Virus record (IMG/VR): IMGVR_UViG_3300009593_000015
Location: 1-64,000 of that record
Reading direction: 5' to 3' (one strand)
Origin: a virus
Length of the DNA stretch: 64,000 nt
A model generated the notes under the pieces. That model made no database searches. It had not been told where the DNA came from and saw nothing but the letters and a program-made list of their open reading frames with translations. How positions within the stretch are numbered: position 1 is the stretch's first letter; each line of letters begins with the position of its first letter. Below are positions 48,801-58,203 of the stretch, one piece after another. A program made the position numbers and the translations under genes.

Positions 48801-50123
48801 TATGCCAATAATCCAATTCCAGCATCCCTTACTTACTCGGTGCCACAAGAAGCCCAGCCATTTAGGTCTCTAGAACTCGGCCGAGTTGCAAAAGAGAAAG
48901 TCATCAGCGAAGCAGTTGTTGCTATTCCTTATTATTTAACAGATGATTGTGATATGAAGTTTTTTCCCATGAGAGAAGACATGATGCTCGCAGCGACTCA
49001 AAAGAACGCCATGGCCCGCGAAGAATATGTTAACTTGACTAGGCTAGCCGGGACAGATCAGGAAAGAAAAAATATAAAAAATGAATACGAAAAGTTTTTC
49101 GAATCAGTAGGCCTTGAGTCTATAGACGCCGCGGCGTACCAGATGAGAATGATGGACAAGTATATATTGCCACCGCAGTTTGATTTTCTGAGAAATTCAG
49201 AAATTGATCCATATGTTTCTTATATTTTTCAGTTTAAGGCTACTTTGAGCAGAGAAGATCTTTCAGAAATTTGGCAAAATTTATATCCGTCAACCAATCG
49301 CCCCGGAAGACCAGCTGATAGTATTTCGACAACACAACATTCAAATCCCCTGAAGGATGAAATAAAATCGGACATTGAGTATATTACCCATATATTGAAT
49401 CATTCGCGTGCCCCGTTTATAAAAGGGAAGCCATCTTTGTACCGAGATCCAGAAACCTTTCTAGAGAATGATGTTAGGTGGCTAATCTTTAAAGTAAAAT
49501 ACAGGGCCGAAGGGCACTATTCGAATGTAATAAAAAATTCCATAACAGATTTAGATGAAGATATCATGGAGATTTCAGCGTCCCGAACATTCGGCCCGGG
49601 CCCGACTTACGGAAAAATGGGAGACCCAGTTGAAAATGAAGAGTTGTTTTCTAATTATTCATACAATTGGCCATATGATTTCTTTTCAATAATAGAGATG
49701 ATCAAAGTAGAAAGTAAAGTAGACTTCTTGACAACAAAAGAAAACATTCAAACCACAGCGCGCCTCAGTAGTGAAACTGCATCGCCGTCTTCTCCTCTTT
49801 CGGACACAATAAACGCCGCAGAGCAAGTTTATAGCAACAATGTAAGCGACATAACACAAAACTTAAACAGCACAGTGTTGAATAACATAGTCTCAAGGGA
49901 GTTGATAAAATCAGATTCAGAAATTTCTTCTACGCCTGGTGTCCTTGATATACCAGTGGCCTCTGGGTTTTCGATAAAGAAAGACACGGAGACTATTTTT
50001 CTAAATGGTCAATTATTAGTGGCAGGTTCAGGCAACGACTACGTAGTATCAGGAAACAGGATAACATTTTCGCAAGATTTAGAAATAAATGATAATGTGC
50101 AAGTTTCTTACATAAGAGAATAA
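42810..50123 (+). CDS. Very large (2437 aa) virion/baseplate protein
   Basis: Long ORF with an RBS. VIESHAFERNKY. C-terminal IFLNGQLL...DY...GNRITF...D.VQVSY domain typical of phage baseplate and fibre proteins. Confidence 0.7.
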   Translation: MSNKERSHLENCIFRIQFSELNQLKDSTPFIVKDESGGDHLIQNYGNDHPNYKYNFKSMGFSNKIEKVIQEEKISHVRQTPIASIKGLDQVSVRDSKHEKFIPITKSSVNIFSFEKSVFQAISRDMLNFISGVKSFNNLIGEPVNKYRKNYKLLNHVRERYFSNVLSEPDFERYLNYYKWVDASFGYLLKQMVPASAFSNTGIEDVIESHAFERNKYDYKYNRFERKEPILETSILSINELLYDWEHGHGSQNENEHCLWQQDRKTREEENRETIRKVLTTVVTGSGEKLARNYVLRNLVKPYKHDSSRQLSLKIGHNRQANKIKDLYKIINTGKEITINSEDIYEFKRCDDIINPQKDKIYTAKTNTSDTDGYLDADLDLILPLNFYSSSVGVDFSEFKQNLKITNNLEMKESFDSVATYLFDQGAPHRNVKIGTPSDNRPEAYEISSSPEKLVIKSPASGPKSLFHKGHLGNRLYRLSNTKTQISDTQVLVQGNYSKDYEIVMTNGRNQNNNFLTENEGRGLTGSLSPSGWLSGLVDFEVPSRPKREHVIVNRFSAIGSPDTSGKYGLDRVSEEHSVYNTVNYRSLLVRGVYNTLSKERSEQFGFRSGSETQGSIHKTNRNYNRFTGSYGKEVTPDNFFATHQIPHHDFGYSWITASANENVYSFLNRNGNISHQHSFEVSGSLKSSETILFLTASVLGTDSQPAGPYYAIENTDLALPPWSPVSFVGLNTVIQEPISADLNHLGFPMGTPFGRTDVDISTLAGSRVMTNIDGYYEYYLNNDTLAGIQSPHTDLASGLNSLILKRQGPYGWPTWKQVRASHNPIVRNHRRNNIISAVFRGTTPFPSCYPGTSFEYQNTNENKNTITNRRVVKNYDEILATCKFNPITVSRHTYRTETGIEFLMEHLQLPVNVPQWALALMWWNDEFLHEFITKTESLNTVLQLPSISMRVPLQNTVTGYANQDMADDFFFKEKSILNTTNIGIINSFIKTEANNADSTFLEVNYIETIYPREINTFTKEARNRELFDFFGWNSNRTKRELTLSGNITYGDWIWSTTVWPGVNLFTFSLESPTQLEVDFEKSYFNSYEKIDRLYFPNTASEYSENLKTSKWVLDSRKDYSSLPTEITNPRSWVQIDATKPGSLVSRAQMQTGILQNEFSMFPLGGNALRGQPPFAPVYNRRIPQEYLSSSTRRVLLAGEAKWETPEPAPGTTGPFLDEYEEFQKEARLVGQQYSLIPEFTISRYIEDIYASGNFTTPSVGDDFLQLTGAVYHSSSGEVSIGTQFFKTYSNSDFMKYFQPFKDNITENGFDLSAGKLSLRCTAVKRLLPYRGFYPAERAVQIVDIFQKNYLSEGTYEIDYLQNGFLTEQKAKDSLKIKINNTKAKVSKPLFSPGVLFNSIKSGLAVDYPLFQSNTDTYRQGLIDNSVSTHTEPFDVYNYLDSPGDLCYTGSLINNTADLGIPRIKGVVPRRVTFEDLLDPVRLFGQTIFENEPHSSASFLYGTPLNYVIREDQPKFGTLDSDYVRLGNTLNFRQNYQSSVESLRGYTSAIHNFASETVKFFLEDESLQTAISLPSRPTLQSGTDYKMRVYVNNRKTVMYDRHSAFGPPVDDADTPVISYGDDVKTPGAQASGSVAFRGAMVTALRSGGSASGGEEIVITDYENTTINYTFFSGSSNKTGDVVGTDPYAVAVEITDAGSEADLLVQAMNADGHKDTISKSITTGFEGMSFLSDFYTVVLHQSATGSAGNKDMQGTSAIDSYVVGLLGGVDQVLNPLLKSTSTIKSGSHGHLPYVPPFLDPETAPYAQISFTPGQTREYTIPEIIEGMQVSYYNMPPPDNSNTNTNYREAMVLSASINFNNSVLLYGDNYVHLGSATGEKTIVNNPDPTLYRWVMQPKWETPIIDFMDAKVTALDLSTEKEEYVQHSPWKNRYQTDYYKEINESKTLYLTSSTGMWHQHGSPTVLDPNKGYYLTIVGASETTGKQTIGNLAEKVGFISGYANNPIPASLTYSVPQEAQPFRSLELGRVAKEKVISEAVVAIPYYLTDDCDMKFFPMREDMMLAATQKNAMAREEYVNLTRLAGTDQERKNIKNEYEKFFESVGLESIDAAAYQMRMMDKYILPPQFDFLRNSEIDPYVSYIFQFKATLSREDLSEIWQNLYPSTNRPGRPADSISTTQHSNPLKDEIKSDIEYITHILNHSRAPFIKGKPSLYRDPETFLENDVRWLIFKVKYRAEGHYSNVIKNSITDLDEDIMEISASRTFGPGPTYGKMGDPVENEELFSNYSYNWPYDFFSIIEMIKVESKVDFLTTKENIQTTARLSSETASPSSPLSDTINAAEQVYSNNVSDITQNLNSTVLNNIVSRELIKSDSEISSTPGVLDIPVASGFSIKKDTETIFLNGQLLVAGSGNDYVVSGNRITFSQDLEINDNVQVSYIRE

Positions 50124-50144
50124 TTATAATATGGAGCCAAAAAT

Positions 50145-50999
50145 ATGACTTTTTTCGATCAAAAACAGGAGGTGATAGACGTCACGTTAACACAATTTGG
50201 AAAAGAATTGTTTTCGCGAGGCGCTTTCCGACCAGCTTTTTATCAATTTTTTGATGATGGTATATTGTACGATTCTAACTATGCAGACATAGAGGAGACT
50301 CAAAACGAAGCTGAGGTCCGGATCCTCAAAAACACTCCTAGACTTAAAACACCTCACTTAACTTTTTCGGTAAACGAGAGATACAGCATAGAAGAAAAGG
50401 AAATCGAATCCGGAGAAAGAGGGAGGTTTGAAACTCTTCGCCGGTTCGCGGCGCCGGATATACAAGATAGGATACTTCTATATCCCCTCGCTAGTCAAGA
50501 GATTTCAAACCAAAATATAGCAAAGTTTGATATTTTGTCACTAGAGGCGCCTATAGAAGAAGTTATAAATTTAAGCTCTACGGAAAAAGGAATTCAGAAA
50601 AATACACCAACCCTGCGCATGTCGCCAAAGTATCGCTTACTGGAAGAGAGAAAAGATCTACTTCCAGAAGAAAGACAAACTATAATAACTAAAGAAGATT
50701 TTGTAGATCTAATGTCGGAAGAGATAACATTTTCAGATAATTCAAAGTTAATAGTGGATACTCAAAATATAGTAATTGACATAGAGGAATTGAATTGCTT
50801 TGATGGCCCCGGCAACTTTTATTTAAACATATACGAGGTTTCAAACAACGATTCCGGAAATACCGAGAGGGTAATAAGAAAAATAGATTCCATGGAAATG
50901 GCCGAAAGATTTTTCAAATTCAGAAAAGATAAAGAAATTGAAAAATACAAAATGAAAGAGGCTCACGAAAAAAATTATCAAAAGAGAGGTAAAAATTAA
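50145..50999 (+). CDS. Virion structural protein, paralogue of 57132..58172
   Basis: N-terminus FFD...VIDVTLTQFGK...F....FFDDGI.Y parallels FLD...ILDAVLTDLGR...F...FALGDEEVNY. Confidence 0.65.
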   Translation: MTFFDQKQEVIDVTLTQFGKELFSRGAFRPAFYQFFDDGILYDSNYADIEETQNEAEVRILKNTPRLKTPHLTFSVNERYSIEEKEIESGERGRFETLRRFAAPDIQDRILLYPLASQEISNQNIAKFDILSLEAPIEEVINLSSTEKGIQKNTPTLRMSPKYRLLEERKDLLPEERQTIITKEDFVDLMSEEITFSDNSKLIVDTQNIVIDIEELNCFDGPGNFYLNIYEVSNNDSGNTERVIRKIDSMEMAERFFKFRKDKEIEKYKMKEAHEKNYQKRGKN

Positions 51000-53900
51000 A
51001 TGCCATTCCAGTCAGAATCAGCATCTTATGGTGTCAGCGTATTACCAATAATAACCACAAAAAAGATACATTTATCTTCTAAGGAAAAAACAATTAAAGT
51101 TGATTTCTGTTTGAACTTACCAGCTTCCGCCTTCGCACACCACGCTGTCGTAAACGCAGACATTGCAGAAATGTATTATTTTTATTTCGTTGTTTTAACT
51201 GAAGAACAGTCTGGGTTAATACCTCTTTTAAAGAACCCGGACACCCGAGGTCGTGCAATTAAAAGAATTTATCTCGGCCATGAAGACGATATTTTTCAAG
51301 AGGGCGCAATAAAAAAAATCAGTTTCAAAGAGGTACTAGAGAATCACAAAACATTGCAATATAACACAACTGATCTGTCAAATGATTATAATAATGAATT
51401 TAGATCTTCGACTACCATTGAATATACTCCTGCTCATCTCGCCGAACAACGTAAGATCCCCTACGAGGACATAAAGACGGATAAACTCTGTATGGTATGC
51501 TTCATAGACATTGACTTGGTCCAAGATTCTAGCATGGGAAACAATACGATACATTATGATTTGCTGCTTGAGAGGTCTTCTTCAACTGGTCGCTTAGACA
51601 TTCCAAAAACAATAAACAGTTTCTATGTCAACCACCCAGGATCTTCTGATGATGCATCCGTTGCCGCCGGCGCAAGTAACATAAGGCCATACTACGGACC
51701 TACTCATTATCACGCACCAGACCCATCTGATCCTGAGGCTTATGTCGGCTGGATGGCCGGCCACATCGACGGAGAAATGGGACCGCGCTTAGAACTGGTA
51801 GAGACGCCAAATTATAAGATAACTTCGGACTTGAAAATTTATGAATCTCAAGCAGATGCTACCCAGACCGGTCATCACGGGTCAATTGGTCCTTCCTGGG
51901 CTAATGATAGACTTTTGCCGACATCGAATTTAAAAAATGAAATCAGACACAATAATTTAGCAAAAGATGTTAACCAGCTCCTGGAAGACGCGAGAAGGTA
52001 TTACGCGGCCAACGCTCTCAGGGTTCCGAATATAGTGGACTACGAATCACAAGAAATGTCATTTGTAAATTATGTAGCAGACCCACAAAGTTCAGATAAT
52101 CGTCCCATGGGTCATTCGCACCATGGCTTCGCCATCAGTATAGATTTTTTAGAAATAGTTAAACACCGATCTCGACTCGGGTATTTGCTGGATATTCATT
52201 CTCAAAATGAAAGTGAAAATTTTATATTTGAGAGTATTTTTAAGAGTAGAATAAAACACATATCCTTTTTCCGCCAACGCGCTGTCAATGTTCCTTATGA
52301 AATAAATGAAAGACAGGGCAAAATTTATTCTAAATATGACGAAAATGAATACGGTGATTATATAATATCATCTTCAGATTTTGCAGTCTTCGCTAGTCCC
52401 GGTGGTTCCGGGCAAAATAGAATACTTAATGCCACTTCAGAGCTAGGTTCATTAGAAGAGGTTGAGATATTACAGTCAGCACCACCAGAACTGCAACGCC
52501 CGGATGGACTCATCATGATCCCTCCCCCTAAACATTCCAGACAGTTTATTGTCCGAGATAGAGATTTGTTCCATAATATAAATTATGGTAAATACACCTA
52601 TACAGTTAAGATAATTTTAGAAGATGGGATAGAGAAAACAATAAATGACATGTTAATCAGAAACAATATGATATTATCTAATTATGAAAAATTTTTGTTT
52701 TCGGCTTCAATCCCGTTGAACCCATCTTCTGATGAAAATTCATACGAAGGAGGATATGATTATGCAACAGAATCTTTTACGCTCTCCTTTCGATCTGACT
52801 TGGTAAATAACCAGACCGCTTCAGCAGTATGTACTTTATATGGCAGAATGAAAGCGTTTTTAACGGGAGTTGAGGAGTGGAGAATACGGCCAGAAGTTGA
52901 AGAATTAAAAAGAAAATTAAACCTAAACTCAGGAAAACTTCAAGATTTTTTGCAATTTAATCAAATTTTAAAAGAAATGAACAACATGATAAAATCTATT
53001 TTATCATCGGGGGTTGACCTAGCTTCTCCCCGTCCGATCGAAAACTTCAAGAGCTCAATAGAGAATGTAAAAGGCGCGAATCTAAAATCTATAGAAATAG
53101 TGGCAAAGACAAACGTCATTTCGGAAGCGATATCAGAAGGTACAATCGTTGAAGATTTTAACCCTCGTCCACGACGGCTGCCAAACTTCTTGTCTTTCGA
53201 AGATTTCCGCGATTCATTAGGCGATGTGTTTGATGGTGGTTTTATCCTGCCAACGCAATTTTTAACTCTAGTGGGTTCCTCTTATGATACGTCATCCAGT
53301 GGACTTGCAACCGCGGGTCTTAGCAAAAAGGACGCCGAACTAGAAAAAAAATCAAAATCAACAACAAAAAAGATACCAAAACCTAAAGGTACATCGAACA
53401 TTGTACTTAATATAAAATCTTATAATCGCATGTCCAAGATTAAAAAGTCAAACAATAATGTTAAAATTAATTTTCTTTTACAATCTCAAAATGATAATTT
53501 CGATCCTGAATCCGGAGTGGCTGATTCTGATAGGCCTATGTCATATTATCCTTTGGCATCTCAAAGGTATTTCGGAGGACTGGCCATGGGCGTTAGTAAC
53601 GGTTCTTCGTTTAATTTTCGAGGAAATGGATCGATTAGGGACCTCACTGAAGCACTTGATTACACGGATTCAAACTTAAGTGACGAGGTGAAAAAAGTGA
53701 TATGTGATTCGGTATACAAACAAGACGATCGCGATCATTTCTTGGGGGAAATAGAAAGAAGATATGAAGAGTTGTCAGAATTAAGAGACACTCTGGGTTC
53801 TTTTTACGATTTCGCACACAGTTTACTTACAGTTAATAAGAATTTGTTAGATTTTTCAAATGAAAACATAAGTTTTCAGGACAAGTTTGAAGATAACGTG

Positions 53901-54143
53901 GGACCCTCTATCCGTACGGGTTTTGTGACTTCGGATATTTTCAAGCAGCGCCGCCGGCGCCCTTCAATATTGTGTCCCGGAAGCCCACCAAGACCAGTAA
54001 ACCTTATGCAAACTCGAATTATCCCTCCACCAGCACCAGAGGTACAATATGAAGAGGGGATTAAGAGGGTGGTGTGCATCAAAATGAAAGAATATAACAA
54101 CACAAACACATCAGTTAATGATGTGGTTTTCCTGGAGGTTTAA
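51000..54143 (+). CDS. Large hypothetical virion protein (1047 aa)
   Basis: Position in the structural block. YYGPTHYH...WMAGH motif. Confidence 0.6.
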   Translation: MPFQSESASYGVSVLPIITTKKIHLSSKEKTIKVDFCLNLPASAFAHHAVVNADIAEMYYFYFVVLTEEQSGLIPLLKNPDTRGRAIKRIYLGHEDDIFQEGAIKKISFKEVLENHKTLQYNTTDLSNDYNNEFRSSTTIEYTPAHLAEQRKIPYEDIKTDKLCMVCFIDIDLVQDSSMGNNTIHYDLLLERSSSTGRLDIPKTINSFYVNHPGSSDDASVAAGASNIRPYYGPTHYHAPDPSDPEAYVGWMAGHIDGEMGPRLELVETPNYKITSDLKIYESQADATQTGHHGSIGPSWANDRLLPTSNLKNEIRHNNLAKDVNQLLEDARRYYAANALRVPNIVDYESQEMSFVNYVADPQSSDNRPMGHSHHGFAISIDFLEIVKHRSRLGYLLDIHSQNESENFIFESIFKSRIKHISFFRQRAVNVPYEINERQGKIYSKYDENEYGDYIISSSDFAVFASPGGSGQNRILNATSELGSLEEVEILQSAPPELQRPDGLIMIPPPKHSRQFIVRDRDLFHNINYGKYTYTVKIILEDGIEKTINDMLIRNNMILSNYEKFLFSASIPLNPSSDENSYEGGYDYATESFTLSFRSDLVNNQTASAVCTLYGRMKAFLTGVEEWRIRPEVEELKRKLNLNSGKLQDFLQFNQILKEMNNMIKSILSSGVDLASPRPIENFKSSIENVKGANLKSIEIVAKTNVISEAISEGTIVEDFNPRPRRLPNFLSFEDFRDSLGDVFDGGFILPTQFLTLVGSSYDTSSSGLATAGLSKKDAELEKKSKSTTKKIPKPKGTSNIVLNIKSYNRMSKIKKSNNNVKINFLLQSQNDNFDPESGVADSDRPMSYYPLASQRYFGGLAMGVSNGSSFNFRGNGSIRDLTEALDYTDSNLSDEVKKVICDSVYKQDDRDHFLGEIERRYEELSELRDTLGSFYDFAHSLLTVNKNLLDFSNENISFQDKFEDNVGPSIRTGFVTSDIFKQRRRRPSILCPGSPPRPVNLMQTRIIPPPAPEVQYEEGIKRVVCIKMKEYNNTNTSVNDVVFLEV

Positions 54144-54149
54144 TGTAAA

Positions 54150-57056
54150 GTGACTGAAGAAAACAACAACCCATGTCAAGCGCCCGCCTTGCCACACGCA
54201 AGTGGATCCGGCGAGCTGCCTGTACCTGAATTAGAGGGCTTTCAATTTGACCCCCCTAAGTTCCCGAATCTAGAACCCACTTTTCCAGGCAACCCAGTTG
54301 CTAGGAGGTGTATTATGGTGCCTAGGTATCTATCTTATGGTGTCCACTCGCGCAGTACCATAATCACCGGCAATGGTACCGACGAGTCCCCGGATAGAGC
54401 TGACAACCCGCGCTTAACTAACAGCAACCCTGACAGGAATCCACAGAGCTATGACGCTTTAAGGTTTTTGTTGAAAAAGGTGTATGATTTTGAATACACT
54501 GGTAATAAAAATTTTGTAGCCAACCCATCACCTGAGGAAAATCAACGCGTAAACACATATACTTGGCTTTCTGATTCACCCCCGGTTGATATAGTTTTAT
54601 CTAAGCTTGGTACACAGCTGCCTCCGCCCGGATTCCCCCAACAACAACACCCGACATTAATGGTTTCAGTACTGATGCCTGGAAATGCAGTTCGGAGCAG
54701 GTGGAATGTTGAGCTCTTCGAAAATGACTTCGTCCGGCAAAAACCAGAAATTTTTGACTTTTATCTTCAGATGATAAATTTAAAATTCGGACACAATGGT
54801 GAAGTGCGCGAGACTAGTCCCTGGTATGTTGACACTTCCTTTTCTGCACCCGCGGCTTTTTTTGCTAAAGAGGCCGACGGCCTAAACTTAAGACTGCCAG
54901 AAACAGTGTCGATGCAAACATTTATACCAAACATGTTAACATATGATGACACCGGAGCTGACTATAACAATCTTTACAATGAAGGTACAAGAGATCCGAT
55001 TCTCAAAAAAAGCTTATATGAAAGGTATTCTATTGAGTTCGACGGCCGCCCAGATTATTGTAACTTTTCAGGGGACGTTTTTCAGGGGGATATGGATTCT
55101 GGTAACTCTGCAGTAACTGTACATAAATTTCCAGCTGATAAAATATCAAAACTAAACTCGATCACGGCCATGGCCACGCCGCCACCGGGACAAACAGAGT
55201 TCAGTTCCTTTCAGAGAATTTTCGAATCAGAATATAAATATTATACAAAAATTTCATTTGATATAAACCACGAAAGCCCTATCGCCGCGAAACTGAAAGA
55301 GAAGAATCTTGACCACTTACTAATGGGCGTCATAGATATAGAATCACCCTCAAAAGATCAAATCTTTACGCAGTTTTTAGATGAAAGGGTACAGAATTTT
55401 ACAGGCGTTTCAGACAATGATGGAACTCATTTGAACACGCGACCAAATTGTTATCCAAGAGATATAAGACATCAATTAATGAAATATCTAAACCCAGATC
55501 ACCCCCATAGTCATACAGATCGTATGGAATTCGTACTAGACCCAGCAACTTACCCTTTATCATTCAAACATGAAGATGGTTGGCTTGCAGAATTCGAGTC
55601 ATTATTTGGACAGTGGAACCCAATGCTTTACACTATGCAGCACTGGGGCTGTACTTCACAGTTTCATAGTTGGCTTAGTGAATACATGTTAGATAAACAT
55701 CCACAATTTATTGGGAAAATGAAAGAAGACTTAAGTTATTCAGAAGTCCTTGCCTATCGGCTCGAAAAGAGAGATGCATCATCAGGGGAAGTCATACAGA
55801 ATTTTTATTTCTTTAACGATCCAGAGACGGAAAAAATTAACTTTATCGATACACAGGTTAGTTTTGGAAGTAAATATACATACTCAATATATGTTATAAA
55901 TTTTGTCCGCGGACTGAAATACCGCTACAGACCTAGGAAAGATCCAATAAGGAGGAACATTTCAAGGTCATCTCACTTGAACCCCGAAACCGGCAGCGGC
56001 CTTATGTTCGAGTTTTTAATTGATCAAATGGTGCACGATCATATTATCGAAACCCCTTATCATCAACAGGATCTGTTAGTAGCTGATGCTCCGCCGTTAC
56101 CGCCAGACGTAACATTTTTACCATGGGAGACATTATCTGAAGATTTGGCATTATTCTGGTTTACTCCTAGAATTGGCGAATACCGAGAACAGCCAATAGC
56201 TATTTTGGAGGGAGACCAGGAAGTGATAGAAAGGATGAAGCTAGCACAAAACGCTAGCTACGGAGGGTTCGCGTTAGCTAACTCGGAAATCCTTTACAGG
56301 TCTGATTCGGACCCGACACACTACGAAATGTTTGTTTTGGATAGCCCACCGCTTAGTTACCATGATTTCTTGCACGCTCGACACACTGAGACGACGATAT
56401 CCTCTCCAACGATGTTGAAGAGAGTTCAACCAAATCAAGATTATTACATCACATTCAGGGCCCGAGATCTCGGAGGTATTTCACAACCAACAAAAGTCTT
56501 CAGGTTTAGAATTAGTAGTTTTGGAGACGGCATTGAACATGAAATAGAGGAATATATATTCCCGCAGCCATCTATGGATTATTTGATGGAGTTTAATCAA
56601 ATGTTGGAAATAATGCCAAATTCTGAACAAACCGCAATAAATTTTGAAAATTCTGAAACCTACCCGAACCAGTCAGAAGATATCTCAGAATTTATGAAAA
56701 CAACAAGAGGTACAACTGGTCTTTCTTTGGGCTCAGGACCGCAAGAAGATTCTGTGTGGGACAAAACATATATATTTGAAATAATATCATCCCAAACTGG
56801 AAAAAAAGTAAAGATAGAGGCTACTTGGTCACAAATAGTGGATGGCAACCTGCCAGGATCTGAAGAGCTCATGTCTGGATTTACCCTGCGCACCGGCTGC
56901 TACGAGCCAGAAAGAAAGTTTATCTACCGGAGTAATAGAGAAGATGCTGATAGTGCTATCGGAGAGTCTATAAGCAGGGCAATAGACGAAACAAGTGACT
57001 CGTTGCCATCTAGAAGGGGAAGCAGATATTCTAGAGACAGCGAAAACTACGAATAG
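54150..57056 (+). CDS. Large virion protein with FN3/Ig-like segments (968 aa)
   Basis: YRLEKR...FIDTQVSFGSKYTYSIY and PNQDYYITFRARD. Confidence 0.6.
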   Translation: MTEENNNPCQAPALPHASGSGELPVPELEGFQFDPPKFPNLEPTFPGNPVARRCIMVPRYLSYGVHSRSTIITGNGTDESPDRADNPRLTNSNPDRNPQSYDALRFLLKKVYDFEYTGNKNFVANPSPEENQRVNTYTWLSDSPPVDIVLSKLGTQLPPPGFPQQQHPTLMVSVLMPGNAVRSRWNVELFENDFVRQKPEIFDFYLQMINLKFGHNGEVRETSPWYVDTSFSAPAAFFAKEADGLNLRLPETVSMQTFIPNMLTYDDTGADYNNLYNEGTRDPILKKSLYERYSIEFDGRPDYCNFSGDVFQGDMDSGNSAVTVHKFPADKISKLNSITAMATPPPGQTEFSSFQRIFESEYKYYTKISFDINHESPIAAKLKEKNLDHLLMGVIDIESPSKDQIFTQFLDERVQNFTGVSDNDGTHLNTRPNCYPRDIRHQLMKYLNPDHPHSHTDRMEFVLDPATYPLSFKHEDGWLAEFESLFGQWNPMLYTMQHWGCTSQFHSWLSEYMLDKHPQFIGKMKEDLSYSEVLAYRLEKRDASSGEVIQNFYFFNDPETEKINFIDTQVSFGSKYTYSIYVINFVRGLKYRYRPRKDPIRRNISRSSHLNPETGSGLMFEFLIDQMVHDHIIETPYHQQDLLVADAPPLPPDVTFLPWETLSEDLALFWFTPRIGEYREQPIAILEGDQEVIERMKLAQNASYGGFALANSEILYRSDSDPTHYEMFVLDSPPLSYHDFLHARHTETTISSPTMLKRVQPNQDYYITFRARDLGGISQPTKVFRFRISSFGDGIEHEIEEYIFPQPSMDYLMEFNQMLEIMPNSEQTAINFENSETYPNQSEDISEFMKTTRGTTGLSLGSGPQEDSVWDKTYIFEIISSQTGKKVKIEATWSQIVDGNLPGSEELMSGFTLRTGCYEPERKFIYRSNREDADSAIGESISRAIDETSDSLPSRRGSRYSRDSENYE

Positions 57057-57091
57057 CTTGACAAATAAAAAGAATTATTCTTTAGTAAAAT

Positions 57092-57099
57092 ACTATTTA
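57092..57099 (+). promoter_or_regulatory. Candidate late-promoter motif ACTATTTA
   Basis: Intergenic, upstream of the AGGAG RBS and the ATG at 57132. Confidence 0.55.
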
Positions 57100-57131
57100 C
57101 TAATGATTTTAAAGATAAAAGGAGCACCATA

Positions 57132-58172
57132 ATGGCATTTTTGGACAATTCAGGAGATATTATACTAGATGCAGTATTAACTGACCTAGGTAGAAAGCGG
57201 ATGGCAGCAGGTAATTTCAACATTGCAAAATTCGCTCTTGGAGATGAAGAGGTAAATTATGAGCTTTGGAACAGTGAAGATGCGAGGGGCTCTGCTTTTT
57301 ATGACCTAGAGATTATGCAAACACCAATTCTAGAGGCATTTACTAGTGATCAATCATTAATGAAGTCTAGATTAGTTACGCTTGTGGACGATAGCTTGCT
57401 GTACATGCCAATAATGAGAGTTAATGACCGTTCAGGAACAAAACATAGCAAATATGCAACTTATAACGGTTTTTACCTGTCAGCCGACACGAGAACTTTC
57501 GACTTAGACAACCGCGAAAATTTAACCAATGCAAACACAGAAGGTTTTCTCCGAGGGACTCGCGGATTTTCTGGTCCGACTAGTCACGTATGTATAGACC
57601 AAGGAATCGATGCTGGGGATTCAAACATGACAATCGCTGATGGCATGTCAGGAGAATTATTAGAGAGGGCGTATATTGTGAAGGTCGACCATCGCCTGCT
57701 TGTGCTTGACGGTTTTGTGGGGGTAGCTGACAACAATGAGTACGTCACATTAAGAGAACAATTTATAGACGATGACGGTATTGCAACTTACTATATAGTA
57801 GATTCCCAGAACAGATCGCCTATCTCAGGCCCACGCGATCAAATAGGGGACAGAGAGAGGCACCTAATCAACGAAGCAGGAAGAGATTCTACAAGATTAG
57901 GAGTAATCCAGGCAAAGGAGAAGTTTTCAGGTCCCCTGGGAAGCGTTCTTCGATTGTCCCCTAGAGCATCAGTTCATGTAGCTAGAGGGGACTCGCTGTT
58001 TACTGAAATTGGAAACTTTACTAACGCGGAGGCAGATAAAATAGCCATGCGCGGTGGGACCATAGATGAATACCATTTTATTGACACTGTTATGTCAATA
58101 TCCGGAGCAACGACTGGGTTTTCAGTAGATGTTCCAATAAGGATAATAAAAGGGACCAAGTTTAATCAATAA
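57132..58172 (+). CDS. Virion structural protein (tail/baseplate)
   Basis: MAFLDNSGDIILDAVLTDLGR...KFALGDEEVNY...PILEAF, recalled as a conserved N-terminus in large myoviruses. Confidence 0.7.
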   Translation: MAFLDNSGDIILDAVLTDLGRKRMAAGNFNIAKFALGDEEVNYELWNSEDARGSAFYDLEIMQTPILEAFTSDQSLMKSRLVTLVDDSLLYMPIMRVNDRSGTKHSKYATYNGFYLSADTRTFDLDNRENLTNANTEGFLRGTRGFSGPTSHVCIDQGIDAGDSNMTIADGMSGELLERAYIVKVDHRLLVLDGFVGVADNNEYVTLREQFIDDDGIATYYIVDSQNRSPISGPRDQIGDRERHLINEAGRDSTRLGVIQAKEKFSGPLGSVLRLSPRASVHVARGDSLFTEIGNFTNAEADKIAMRGGTIDEYHFIDTVMSISGATTGFSVDVPIRIIKGTKFNQ

Positions 58173-58203
58173 AATATAACGATACCAAGATTAGGAGAAA
58201 AAA

